Shown here: positions 54,851 through 62,758 of the stretch, in pieces
Layout of the letters: each line of letters begins with the position of its first letter
How positions within the stretch are numbered: position 1 is the stretch's first letter
NCBI GenBank assembly: GCA_964544105.1
Contig: CAZIZQ010000001.1
Span: 1-62,758 of the forward strand
Length of the DNA stretch: 62,758 bases
DNA from: an uncultured Gammaproteobacteria bacterium
Lineage (GTDB): Bacteria; Patescibacteriota; Microgenomatia; Levybacterales; UBA12049
Direction of reading: 5' to 3'
The notes under the pieces: generated by a model
Database searches by the model: none
What the model saw: the letters and a program-made list of their open reading frames with translations, nothing else
What the model was told of the DNA's origin: nothing
Translations under genes and position numbers: made by a program

Positions 54851-55855
54851 TTAGTTTCCTTTTATATCTTGATACTTTCTTAGGATATACAAACAAAATT
54901 CGATAGTCATATTTTTACTCAGCCTTGCATCTTCAGGAAGAGATTTTAATTTATGAGAACCTTGATTAGATAGAAAATGTCTTAATGAAATAAGAATTTT
55001 ACCCTGATCGTCAGAGATTATATTTGTTTCTTTAAAAAACTTAGCTATCTTCTCTGAATCCTTCTCATCCATTTTGCTGCCTGATTCTGGATTTATTGAC
55101 TTAGCTATTATCTGATAAAACCTTTCAGTGAAACTCCTTAATAAGTCCATACAGCCCTTATAATCAAAATTATCTGATGCTGTATTAAATTTTTGATCAA
55201 TCTTATCTAAAGTCTCTGTTAAATCATCTGGAAAATTATATTTTTTAAATTGAGATTTTAAAACCTCTTTATCCTCGTTTATTTCCTGATTAGTATTTTC
55301 AAGTTGTGTAGATAAATTTTTAAGCTGAGCACTATTTATTCTATCGTGTAGCTGAAATTCATTTTCATCTCCCAGGGCATTTTTTATTTTTTCTAATTCT
55401 TCTTCAGATAAATAGGCATGTTCGTACTTTATAATATTTTTGAGAATTCCGAGTAAGTTACTAAATGAATTTTCAGGTGCTTCTTTTAAATTATTTTTTG
55501 CTTGTGTTATTGCTTCTTCTGTTTTACCAGCTCTATGAAGAATAAAAAATGTAAGGTAAGAAACCTCGTAATAGGGGGATTCTTTTGATAGATACGAGAT
55601 TAATATATTTTGGAATTCATTTCTATCTTGTCCACTCAAACTTGAATATATCTTAAGTAATATTTTTGCATTTTCAGAATGCAATATATCTAAACTTGGA
55701 ACATCAGTTATTAATTTTGGAATTTCTCCTACAGTTGTCCATTCTGTTTCCAATCCTGTATTAAAACTTCCTAAACCACCACCTCTTCGACCATTAGCCT
55801 TATAGGCTCTTTTTTCCTCATTTAAGACCAAGTTGATTTTATCAGCAATACTCAT
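54851..55855 (-). CDS. Helical hypothetical protein with an Abi_C/HEPN-like C-terminus (tentative)
   Basis: ATG 55855 (or TTG 55870). The C-terminal region contains ...LISLRHFLSNQGSHK...; the R..H spacing is longer than canonical Rx4-6H. It lies downstream of an XRE gene on the same strand. Confidence 0.35.
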   Translation of the reverse strand: MSIADKINLVLNEEKRAYKANGRRGGGLGSFNTGLETEWTTVGEIPKLITDVPSLDILHSENAKILLKIYSSLSGQDRNEFQNILISYLSKESPYYEVSYLTFFILHRAGKTEEAITQAKNNLKEAPENSFSNLLGILKNIIKYEHAYLSEEELEKIKNALGDENEFQLHDRINSAQLKNLSTQLENTNQEINEDKEVLKSQFKKYNFPDDLTETLDKIDQKFNTASDNFDYKGCMDLLRSFTERFYQIIAKSINPESGSKMDEKDSEKIAKFFKETNIISDDQGKILISLRHFLSNQGSHKLKSLPEDARLSKNMTIEFCLYILRKYQDIKGN

Positions 55856-55930
55856 AATAGTTTGAAGCAATTCTTTTTAACTTTGAAGTTAGTAGAATAA
55901 GTTGATTAAAATACTTATTATTCAAAGAGT

Positions 55931-56146
55931 TCAGAAAAGATCCTTTATTTGAACTTTTAAGGCTTTTGCTATTTTTTCCAAAAGCTCCAATGAAGGAGAA
56001 CGACGTCCTTGCTCGACATGACTTATATAAACTCTACTTGAGTCTATTTTTTTCGCTAGGTCTTCTTGAGTAATACCTAATTTCTTTCTTAGTTCTGCAA
56101 TTTGCTTACCTAATTTATCGATAGTTTTTTGTTCGATTTTTACCAT
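55931..56146 (-). CDS. XRE-family HTH transcriptional regulator
   Basis: 71 aa with LRKKLGITQEDLAKKIDSSRVYISHVEQGRRSPS. TGcTATAAT lies 6 nt upstream of the ATG. Confidence 0.85.
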   Translation of the reverse strand: MVKIEQKTIDKLGKQIAELRKKLGITQEDLAKKIDSSRVYISHVEQGRRSPSLELLEKIAKALKVQIKDLF

Positions 56147-56212
56147 ATCGAGATTATAGCATAGATTTTGAAAAAGATGTCTACATGATAACAAATAGGC
56201 ACAAAATACTTA

Positions 56213-56241
56213 TTGACATGATGTTAGCTGTGTGATAACAT
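56213..56241 (+). promoter_or_regulatory. Promoter for the integrase gene with repeated TGATAACA boxes
   Basis: TTGACA (56213-56218), 17 nt, TAACAT (56236-56241). tgataaca also occurs at 56186-56193 and 56233-56240. Confidence 0.45.
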
Positions 56242-56253
56242 TTAGCTAGGATT

Positions 56254-57183
56254 ATGAAATATATTTACTCTTTACCTTTAGCTGATGATTTCTTCTTATA
56301 TCTTTCTACTAATAATTATTCTTCTAAAACTGTTTCTGACTATAAGGGTGATCTAGCGATATTTGATGGCTTTCTAGCAGATACTAATCTCGAAATGAAA
56401 ACACTAACTAAAAGAAATATTTTTGAATTTAAAGCTTATCTTTATTCAGAAGAAAGAAAAACTGCGACAACAAAAAAAGTTGCTCATAAAAAATTATCCG
56501 CTGTTACCATTAACAGACTTTTATCTGTTATTAGAGTGTATTTAAGATTTTTAACAGATCAAGATTATTTAGTCTTAATTAATGCAGATATGTTCAAAAT
56601 GGTAAAGAAGGAAAGGCATCATGCAAATGTTGCAGATTTTAAGGATTTAGTTTCCTTAATAGAATTACCAACCAAAGTTGAAAAAGATCCTTGGGTTGCC
56701 AGTAGGAATAGAGCAGTTTTGGAAATGTTATTTGCAACAGGGATGAGAATTTCCGAACTTATTAATTTAAACAAAAGAGATCTAAATGATGAAGGAAAAC
56801 TTTTTATAACTGGCAAAGGGAGAAAAGAGCGTTTTGTTTATTTAACGGATCGAGCAAAATCTTTTATAGAACAATACTTAAAATGTAGGACTGATGAGGA
56901 AGCACCATTGTTTATTTCCAAGAAACGTTCTGACAGAATAACTCCTCGATATGTTCAAGAAAGAATTCACAAATATTGCGAGATTCTCAAAATAGGTATT
57001 CGTACAACCCCACATTCTTTTCGCCACGGCTTTGCAACCTACCTTGCAGAAAATGGCGCATCGCCTGCCGCTATTCAAGTACTGCTAGGACATGAGTCTC
57101 TTAATACCACAACAAGGTACATCAATGTTTCGGACCGTTTTGCCCAAGAAACTCATAAAAAATTCCATCCTTTGGCGATCTAG
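56254..57183 (+). CDS. Tyrosine recombinase / integrase (XerC/D-like)
   Basis: HSFRHGFATYLAENG and LLGHESLNTTTRY catalytic blocks, plus an N-terminal SAM-like domain. Confidence 0.9.
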   Translation: MKYIYSLPLADDFFLYLSTNNYSSKTVSDYKGDLAIFDGFLADTNLEMKTLTKRNIFEFKAYLYSEERKTATTKKVAHKKLSAVTINRLLSVIRVYLRFLTDQDYLVLINADMFKMVKKERHHANVADFKDLVSLIELPTKVEKDPWVASRNRAVLEMLFATGMRISELINLNKRDLNDEGKLFITGKGRKERFVYLTDRAKSFIEQYLKCRTDEEAPLFISKKRSDRITPRYVQERIHKYCEILKIGIRTTPHSFRHGFATYLAENGASPAAIQVLLGHESLNTTTRYINVSDRFAQETHKKFHPLAI

Positions 57184-57431
57184 CGAGTATCAGATCGCTG
57201 ATACCCATTTTGGGTACTTTTGAAGCTAATCTTCCCGAAATTTTTTCCCTTCCTCTTATATATGTAAAAGAGAAAAAAATATATCCATAAACCATATATT
57301 TAAAGACCAACCCCCAATAATAAATGCTGAGATACTTAGTCTAATAACACAGAAACAGTAATCTTAAATCATTATCTGCAAGCAGTTACTAATACCGAAA
57401 CTTAAGGAAGAATCTTTGCTATAATAGCCAT

Positions 57432-58451
57432 ATGAAACCTAAAAAATCTACTAACTTAGATAACTCAGCTTTAGATAGAAAAAATATACTTAATAATCCT
57501 TTTGCCGTAGAACATGTTCAGAAAGAGGTAGGTATAAAAGGATTTAAGTTTGAAAACGAATATAGATATACGCTTGATCAAGTTTCTAGATTTTTTGAGG
57601 TGGATTTAAGGACAATACGAAGGTATGTAGCTAAATATGGTGAAGAATTAACTCAAAATGGCTACGAGATACTTACTGGAGATAGATTATCTAGCTTCAA
57701 GAATCAATTTGGTAGTGACATTGATGTCACTACCAAAACTACAGTGCTGGGAATATTTACTTTTAAAGCCTTTTTAAACATAGGTATGCTTTTAAGGGAA
57801 AGTGAGAAAGCACGTATCCTCAGAGGTTTAATCTTAAATATCGTTATAGACGTTGTTAGTAAAAAAGCAGGTGGAAGCACTAAATATATAAACCAAAGAG
57901 ATGGAGATTACTTAGTTAGCTTATATATTGGAGAAAATTATAGAAAAGAGTTTCTTGAGGCATTAAAAAGATATGTAAGCATGGGCGGTAATATTAAATA
58001 TCTAATTTACACTAATAAAATTTATACTTCTATTTTTAAAGAGAAGGCCCACGAATATAAAAATATTCTCGATTTAACAAAGGAAGATAATGTGAGGGAT
58101 ACGATGTATGCAGAAGTATTAACTATAATAGCCTCATATGAAACTGGTCTTGCGCATGAAATAAGAAAGAAGTCTGAAAAATTAAAAAGAAAATTGAATG
58201 AGCAAGAAACTAACGAATTATTTGAAGAATTTGAAAATAATCCTATTTGGAAACCACAAATTGATACTGTCAGAATAAAAATGTCTAGCAGAGATAACGC
58301 TTTAAGAGGTATTATTCATCCAGAATTAAGTAACTATATTCAACCCTTAAATACTGCAGATTTTGAACGGTTCTTGGGAGAAAAAAGCAAGGAATTAGAA
58401 AAAAGAATAAAAGAAAATAAAGAGGTATTTAAAAGACTAAAAGATAAATAA
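57432..58451 (+). CDS. RhuM-like DNA-binding protein (tentative)
   Basis: N-terminal HTH-like segment (YTLDQVSRFFEVDLRTIRRYVAKY) and a helical C-terminus. It ends 4 nt before the Doc reading frame. The assignment is by architecture only. Confidence 0.35.
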   Translation: MKPKKSTNLDNSALDRKNILNNPFAVEHVQKEVGIKGFKFENEYRYTLDQVSRFFEVDLRTIRRYVAKYGEELTQNGYEILTGDRLSSFKNQFGSDIDVTTKTTVLGIFTFKAFLNIGMLLRESEKARILRGLILNIVIDVVSKKAGGSTKYINQRDGDYLVSLYIGENYRKEFLEALKRYVSMGGNIKYLIYTNKIYTSIFKEKAHEYKNILDLTKEDNVRDTMYAEVLTIIASYETGLAHEIRKKSEKLKRKLNEQETNELFEEFENNPIWKPQIDTVRIKMSSRDNALRGIIHPELSNYIQPLNTADFERFLGEKSKELEKRIKENKEVFKRLKDK

Positions 58452-58455
58452 TCCT

Positions 58456-58886
58456 ATGTCCACTATTCTTTATTTTGATCTAAAACATGCGATTGAAGCT
58501 CATGATAAAGTTATAGAGATTTCAGGTGGCGCGTTGGGAATTCGTGATGTTGGCCTTTTAGAGAGTGTTTTGAACATGTTAAAAATGATGATTATTATCC
58601 AACCTTAAGTGATAAATTAACTCATATAGTTTTTTCTGTTGCGATGAATCATGCTTTTCTAGATGGTAACAAGCGTTCGTCAATTGCCTTGGCCGGATTT
58701 TTTCTAGATATTAATGGTTACGGAAGAAGAGTAGGCACATTCATAGTAGAGATGGAAAATATTGTACTTTGGGTAGCAGAAAGAAAAATTAATAAAGATT
58801 TTTTATTAGAAATAATCACTTCTTTATTAGAACAAGGAGAATTTACAGAAGAAATAAAATTAAAACTCTTTGAAATTCTCGAATAA
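58456..58886 (+). pseudogene. doc: Doc (death-on-curing) Fic-fold toxin, disrupted by a frameshift near 58568-58575
   Basis: Frame 1 gives MSTILYFDLKHAIEAHDKVIEISGGALGIRDVGLLESVL and stops at 58606-58608. Another frame continues HVKNDDYYPTLSDKLTHIVFSVAMNHAFLDGNKR. Confidence 0.75.
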
Positions 58887-58948
58887 CTACCTAGTTACTT
58901 CGTCTAATAACACCTTGTTGTAATAAATTTTATTTTAGGTAAGTACAG

Positions 58949-59422
58949 TCAATTCAGAAGTACTATACTAAGATTTAATAGTACTGCAAAACTGACCCAT
59001 GCTATATATGGGTATAAAAGCAAGGCTGCTGTTTTTGAAATTTTCTTAAACAACATAATTGTGTAGACAATAGAGATCCAAAGAAAAATTATAACAACAA
59101 AAGCAGACAAAGGATTTTGTAGTCCAAAAAATACGAAAGACCAGGAAAAATTTAAAGCCAATTGTATAAAAAATATCTGTAAGGCATGCTTGGCTTTGTT
59201 GCTTTTTAATTCCTTTTTCCAAACCAAGAAAAGAGACATCCCCATTAGAGCATATAGGATTGTCCATACAGGACCAAAGATCCAATTGGGAGGATTAAAG
59301 TTTGGCTTATTTAAAAGTGGGTACCATGTTGTTACCGAAGAAAATGTAAAGACAGAACCAGCAATTCCGACTGCTTCACACATAGCGATCGAGATAATAA
59401 GTTTAAAAATATTTTTAGGCAT
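58949..59422 (-). CDS. tspO: TspO/MBR tryptophan-rich sensory protein
   Basis: 157 aa with 5 TM helices. Contains WYPLLNKPNFNPPNWIFGPVWTILYALMG. Confidence 0.88.
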   Translation of the reverse strand: MPKNIFKLIISIAMCEAVGIAGSVFTFSSVTTWYPLLNKPNFNPPNWIFGPVWTILYALMGMSLFLVWKKELKSNKAKHALQIFFIQLALNFSWSFVFFGLQNPLSAFVVIIFLWISIVYTIMLFKKISKTAALLLYPYIAWVSFAVLLNLSIVLLN

Positions 59423-59453
59423 TGATATTATTATGACACATTTCTTTCAAAGT

Positions 59454-59526
59454 CGGGGAGACTGGTTCCGCCCCAGCGACCTCTCGCACCCCATGCGAGT
59501 GCTCTAACTGTCTGAGCTACTCCCCG
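59454..59526 (-). tRNA. tRNA-Pro (anticodon GGG) with non-canonical D and T loops
   Basis: 73-nt cloverleaf folded by hand: C1-G72 acceptor stem CGGGGAG/CTCCCCG, anticodon loop AUGGGGU, T loop GGCGGAA instead of TTCRANY, D loop AGACAGTTA without GG. No CCA is encoded. Confidence 0.75.
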
Positions 59527-59538
59527 GAAACTGATCTC

Positions 59539-59567
59539 TTGTATTTTAACACAAAAGCTTTTACAAT
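59539..59567 (+). promoter_or_regulatory. Sigma70-like promoter for recA
   Basis: TTGTAT (59539-59544), 17 nt, TACAAT (59562-59567), 10 nt before the ATG. Confidence 0.45.
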
Positions 59568-59577
59568 CGGCACTAAG

Positions 59578-60675
59578 ATGGGCAGGACTCCAAACGCGCA
59601 AAAACAATCTTCAAACGGTCACTCCGAGTTGTCCGGCAAGCTTTCTGCTGTCAAACTTGCCATGGAGCAAATCGAAAAGCAGTATGGCCGGGGATCTATT
59701 ATGCGCTTTGGCGACTCGGGGCAAAAATTTGATATTTCGGTTATTTCTACCGGTTGCTTACCTCTCGATATCGCCCTTGGTGTTGGTGGTGTACCAAGGG
59801 GGCGGATTATCGAAATTTATGGCCCCGAGGCATCGGGTAAAACAACTATTTGTCTCTCCATTATTGCCCAAGCTCAAAAGCATGGCGGTGTTGCTGCATT
59901 TATCGATGCCGAACATGCGCTTGATCCAATCTGGGCGCAGCGTTTGGGGGTAAAATTAGATGAATTGCTTATTTCCCAGCCAGACACCGGCGAGCAGGCA
60001 CTGGAAATTGCCGAAAGCCTTATTAGAAGTGGTGGAGTAGATGTGCTAGTTATCGATTCGGTGGCAGCCCTTGTGCCACGAGCCGAAATAGAGGGAGAAA
60101 TGGGAGATTCTATGATGGGTTTGCAAGCTCGTCTTATGTCCCAGGCGCTTCGAAAACTAACCGGTGTTATTTCCAAATCCAAAACTGTTTGTATTTTTAC
60201 CAATCAATTGCGGCAAAAAATTGGTGTTATGTTTGGTAATCCCGAAACAACAACCGGCGGTTTGGCGCTTAAATTCTATTCGTCGGTCCGCATGGATGTT
60301 CGAAAGATAGAAACTATTAAGGATGGTGATAAAGTTGTGGGATCTCGGCACAGGGTAAAGATTGTCAAAAATAAAGTATCCTCTCCATTTCGCATTGCCG
60401 AATTTGACGTTGACAGCCGGGGCATTTCCCGGGAAGGCGGTATTTTAGATGTGGGGCTGGAGATGGGAATTTTCCAAAAGTCCGGCGCATTCTACCGTTA
60501 TAACGACCAGATGATTGGACAGGGAAAAGCAGCGGTACAGGAATATTTAAAGGAAAACCAGGATGTTGCCAAAAAAATAGTTGCCGAGATTATGAGTAAG
60601 AATAAAGAAGCTGGTACTCCCGTTGCAGTAGGTATGGAAGAAAAAGAAGTACCTTTAAATGGAGAAATTCAATAG
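59578..60675 (+). CDS. recA: Recombinase RecA
   Basis: GPEASGKTT Walker A and a canonical RecA core. The start was chosen at ATG 59578 (MGRTPNAQ). Confidence 0.97.
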   Translation: MGRTPNAQKQSSNGHSELSGKLSAVKLAMEQIEKQYGRGSIMRFGDSGQKFDISVISTGCLPLDIALGVGGVPRGRIIEIYGPEASGKTTICLSIIAQAQKHGGVAAFIDAEHALDPIWAQRLGVKLDELLISQPDTGEQALEIAESLIRSGGVDVLVIDSVAALVPRAEIEGEMGDSMMGLQARLMSQALRKLTGVISKSKTVCIFTNQLRQKIGVMFGNPETTTGGLALKFYSSVRMDVRKIETIKDGDKVVGSRHRVKIVKNKVSSPFRIAEFDVDSRGISREGGILDVGLEMGIFQKSGAFYRYNDQMIGQGKAAVQEYLKENQDVAKKIVAEIMSKNKEAGTPVAVGMEEKEVPLNGEIQ

Positions 60676-61132
60676 GTTATACAACAGCGCCCTCAAATTT
60701 CTTTCTTTTCGTTCCCGCAGTGAAAAAGAGATTAGGGAATACCTTAAGAAAAAAAAAGTAGATCCTCAAGTCACAGAAAAAATTATTACCAAACTTAAAG
60801 AGCAAAAATTTCTCAATGACTTTGAATTTGCAAAACAGTGGGTAGAAAGTCGAATGCGGTTTAGACCACGGAGCCAAAAAATGCTTACATTTGAACTAAA
60901 ACAAAAAGGCATCTCGCAAGATATTAGCGATAGCGTAATTCAGAATTCAGAATTCAGAATTCAGAATGATTTAGAACAAGCCAAAAAACTCGTAGAAAAA
61001 AAGATTGAGAAGTACAAAGGTTTATCAAGGCAGGAAATTTTTCAAAAACTGGGGGGATTTTTAGCCCGCCGCGGCTTTGATTACGACACTATAAAAGCAT
61101 CCATTGACGACATATTGAAAAAAGAGGTATAA
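60659..61132 (+). CDS. recX: RecX regulatory protein
   Basis: 157 aa with helical repeats, overlapping the recA end. Contains an in-frame (ATTCAGA)x4 array. Confidence 0.85.
   Translation: MEKFNRLYNSALKFLSFRSRSEKEIREYLKKKKVDPQVTEKIITKLKEQKFLNDFEFAKQWVESRMRFRPRSQKMLTFELKQKGISQDISDSVIQNSEFRIQNDLEQAKKLVEKKIEKYKGLSRQEIFQKLGGFLARRGFDYDTIKASIDDILKKEV
60938..60965. repeat. (ATTCAGA)x4 tandem heptamers inside recX
   Basis: Read directly from the sequence. It is translated as IQNSEFRIQ. Confidence 0.95.
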
Positions 61133-61225
61133 TAAAAAGTGCAAAAAGGACAGGTGTCTATGAAAAGACAAGATAGTATTACATCCACACCTTCAATACT
61201 CCCATAAGTTTGGAGTTTCTCCTTT

Positions 61226-62482
61226 TTGTCAAAAATTATGTCACAACAACAAGATCTTATTTCTCTTGAGAAAAAACTTATCGAAAGAGAAGAAAAACTC
61301 GAAGCAGTAAAAGAAGAGTTAGTAAATCTTAAAGACAGGTACCTAGAAAAGCTCGAAGATGTGTCCGGCCTTACCCGGGACGAAGCAAAAAAAACCCTCC
61401 TTGAAGAAGTAGAAAAACAGCAAGCGCAAATCGTTGCCCGCATTATTAAAGAGCGTGAAGAAGAAGCAAAGTTAACCTCCGATAAAAAAGCCCAGGAAAT
61501 CTTGAGCGACAGTATGCGCCACGGTGCCCTTAATTTTATTGCCGAGTTTACCGTTTCGACCGTTAAGGTTGATACCGAAGAAGTGAAAGGCAGAATTATT
61601 GGTAAAGAAGGACGTAATATCCGCGCATTCGAGCAAGCAACCGGAGTAGACGTTAATTTAGACGACGAAGGTGTTATTCGCCTTTCCTCTTTCGATCAGG
61701 TACGGCGCGAAGTCGCTCGCCGCTCGCTTGAAAAGTTGCTCAGAGACACCCGTATCCAGCCATTTCGCATCGAAGAAATTGTTACCGAAACAAAAAAAGA
61801 AGTCGAGAAAGTTATGTTGGAAGAGGGCGAAAAGCTGGCCTTTGATGCAGGAGCGCATAACATTCCGGTAGAACTCTTGTCTGTTTTAGGACGATTTAAA
61901 TTCCGCACATCCTATGGACAAAATCTGGTTGTCCATACACTTGAGGAAACAAAAATTGGCGTGCATATTGCACAGGAAATTGGAGCAGATGCAGAAATTG
62001 TCAGAATAGGCTGTTTGTTTCATGATATTGGTAAGGTCGTCGAAGGAGAGGGAAGTCATGTCAAACTGGGAGTTGAGTTATTAAAACGGTTTAATATTCC
62101 CGATGTGATTGTAAATTGTGTTGCCGAGCACCATGAAGACAAACCATTCTCCTCCATTGAATCAATTATTGTCCATGTGGCCGATGCCATTTCCGGCGGC
62201 AGACCAGGAGCACGTTACGAGGATTACGAAGAATATGTCAAGCGCCTCTCCGATATGGAAAAAATTGCCAAGCGATACGAAGGCGTAGAAGATGCTTATG
62301 CTTTTGAGGCAGGTAGGGAACTACGCGTTATTATAAACCCCGGCAAACTTGATGACGCCCAAACTGTACTTATTGCCAATAAAATTCGGGAAGAAGTAAC
62401 AAAGTCATTAGCAGTGCCTGGGGAAATAAAAGTAACAGCAATTCGAGAATTTCGTGCCATCTCCCCCGAACCAGCTGCATAA
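61226..62482 (+). CDS. rny: Ribonuclease Y (no N-terminal membrane anchor)
   Basis: KH domain (GRIIGKEGRNIRAFE) and HD domain (LFHDIGK ... AEHHED). Start is TTG 61226 or ATG 61238. An in-frame TAA at 61205 precludes any upstream TM segment. Confidence 0.92.
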   Translation: MSKIMSQQQDLISLEKKLIEREEKLEAVKEELVNLKDRYLEKLEDVSGLTRDEAKKTLLEEVEKQQAQIVARIIKEREEEAKLTSDKKAQEILSDSMRHGALNFIAEFTVSTVKVDTEEVKGRIIGKEGRNIRAFEQATGVDVNLDDEGVIRLSSFDQVRREVARRSLEKLLRDTRIQPFRIEEIVTETKKEVEKVMLEEGEKLAFDAGAHNIPVELLSVLGRFKFRTSYGQNLVVHTLEETKIGVHIAQEIGADAEIVRIGCLFHDIGKVVEGEGSHVKLGVELLKRFNIPDVIVNCVAEHHEDKPFSSIESIIVHVADAISGGRPGARYEDYEEYVKRLSDMEKIAKRYEGVEDAYAFEAGRELRVIINPGKLDDAQTVLIANKIREEVTKSLAVPGEIKVTAIREFRAISPEPAA

Positions 62483-62576
62483 AAAGTTTTCACCTCTTGA
62501 CTTCTTTTACGTTTTCATTGTATTGTTGAGCTGTTTTTAAGATACCAATATTACTGCCCAAAAGGAGGTGAGTCAC

Positions 62577-62758
62577 TTGACAAAGAAAGATTTAGTAGAT
62601 TTAGTTGCAAAAAAAGCAAATCTTACCAATAAAGCGGCGCGAGATTCAGTTGGCGCGTTTCTTAACGCGGTACGAGATTCTCTAAAGCGAGGAGAGAAAG
62701 TTGTTATTACAGGTTTTGGAACATTTTCAGTTAGAAGTCGTGCAAGTCGACCCGGACG
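62577..62758 (+). CDS. hup: HU-family DNA-binding protein (3' end outside window)
   Basis: TTG start 7 nt after AAGGAGGTG. The product reads MTKKDLVDLVAKKANLTNKAARDSVGAFLNAVRDSLKRGEKVVITGFGTFSVRSRASRPG. Confidence 0.85.
   Translation, partial: MTKKDLVDLVAKKANLTNKAARDSVGAFLNAVRDSLKRGEKVVITGFGTFSVRSRASRPG

Larger units (their letters stand above)
52300..59453. mobile_element. Low-GC genomic island adjacent to the 3' end of tRNA-Pro (integrase, toxin / defence-like cargo)
   Basis: Hand-counted GC: 17/60 at 52501-52560 and 12/60 at 55201-55260, versus 27/60 at 20401-20460. Contains a tyrosine recombinase at 56254-57183. The tRNA 3' end faces the island. Exact borders and att repeats were not found. 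Confidence 0.55.

Noticed and set aside
59190-59507. Plus-strand 105-aa ORF spanning the tspO 5' end and tRNA-Pro.
   Set aside because: It overlaps a well-supported TspO gene in antisense and runs through a tRNA gene, so it is spurious.

Overview
This 62.8-kb window comes from an AT-rich, small-genome bacterium. Its organisation looks like Candidate Phyla Radiation / Patescibacteria, possibly Microgenomates-like: there is no rpmD (L30) between rpsE and rplO, an archaeal-type AMP-phosphorylase-like gene, a short AlaRS, and several shortened or tailed ribosomal proteins. Left part (1-18.6 kb): trehalose genes (GH13 fragment, sensor-fused otsA, otsB), ftsK, a rodZ-like gene, mltG, the AMP-phosphorylase-like gene, a sortase next to an actin-like/TM surface protein, alaS, and a 1082-aa transglutaminase-like protein. 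Centre (18.7-52 kb): rpoB-rpoC, rpsL-rpsG, fusA, a ~4-kb block of NAD and other genes, tuf-rpsJ, then the S10/spc/alpha ribosomal superoperon through rplQ-rplM-rpsI, followed by a Cas4-like nuclease. Right end: a csp gene, then a ~7-kb low-GC island abutting tRNA-Pro, then recA-recX-rny-hup. The island carries Fic, an NDT/TIR-like protein, XRE plus a HEPN/Abi-like protein, a tyrosine integrase, a RhuM-like protein, a frameshifted Doc and TspO. The most striking non-genic signal is a dispersed family of ~95-125-bp palindromes built from tandem heptamers (NTCAAAN and its complement). They fill five operon junctions flush against start codons and overlap the alaS stop and the rplP start. Their arm sequence or related 7-nt arrays also occur in frame inside rplQ, rplM, map and recX. 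Other signals: a consensus promoter plus ~95-nt leader plus terminator between rpsJ and rplC; many TGnTATAAT boxes 6-10 nt from start codons (leaderless mRNAs); three CGTCTA boxes phased at 11 bp over the fic promoter; and a tRNA-Pro with non-canonical D and T loops. All calls rest on reading the sequence and remembered family motifs. No database search was run.
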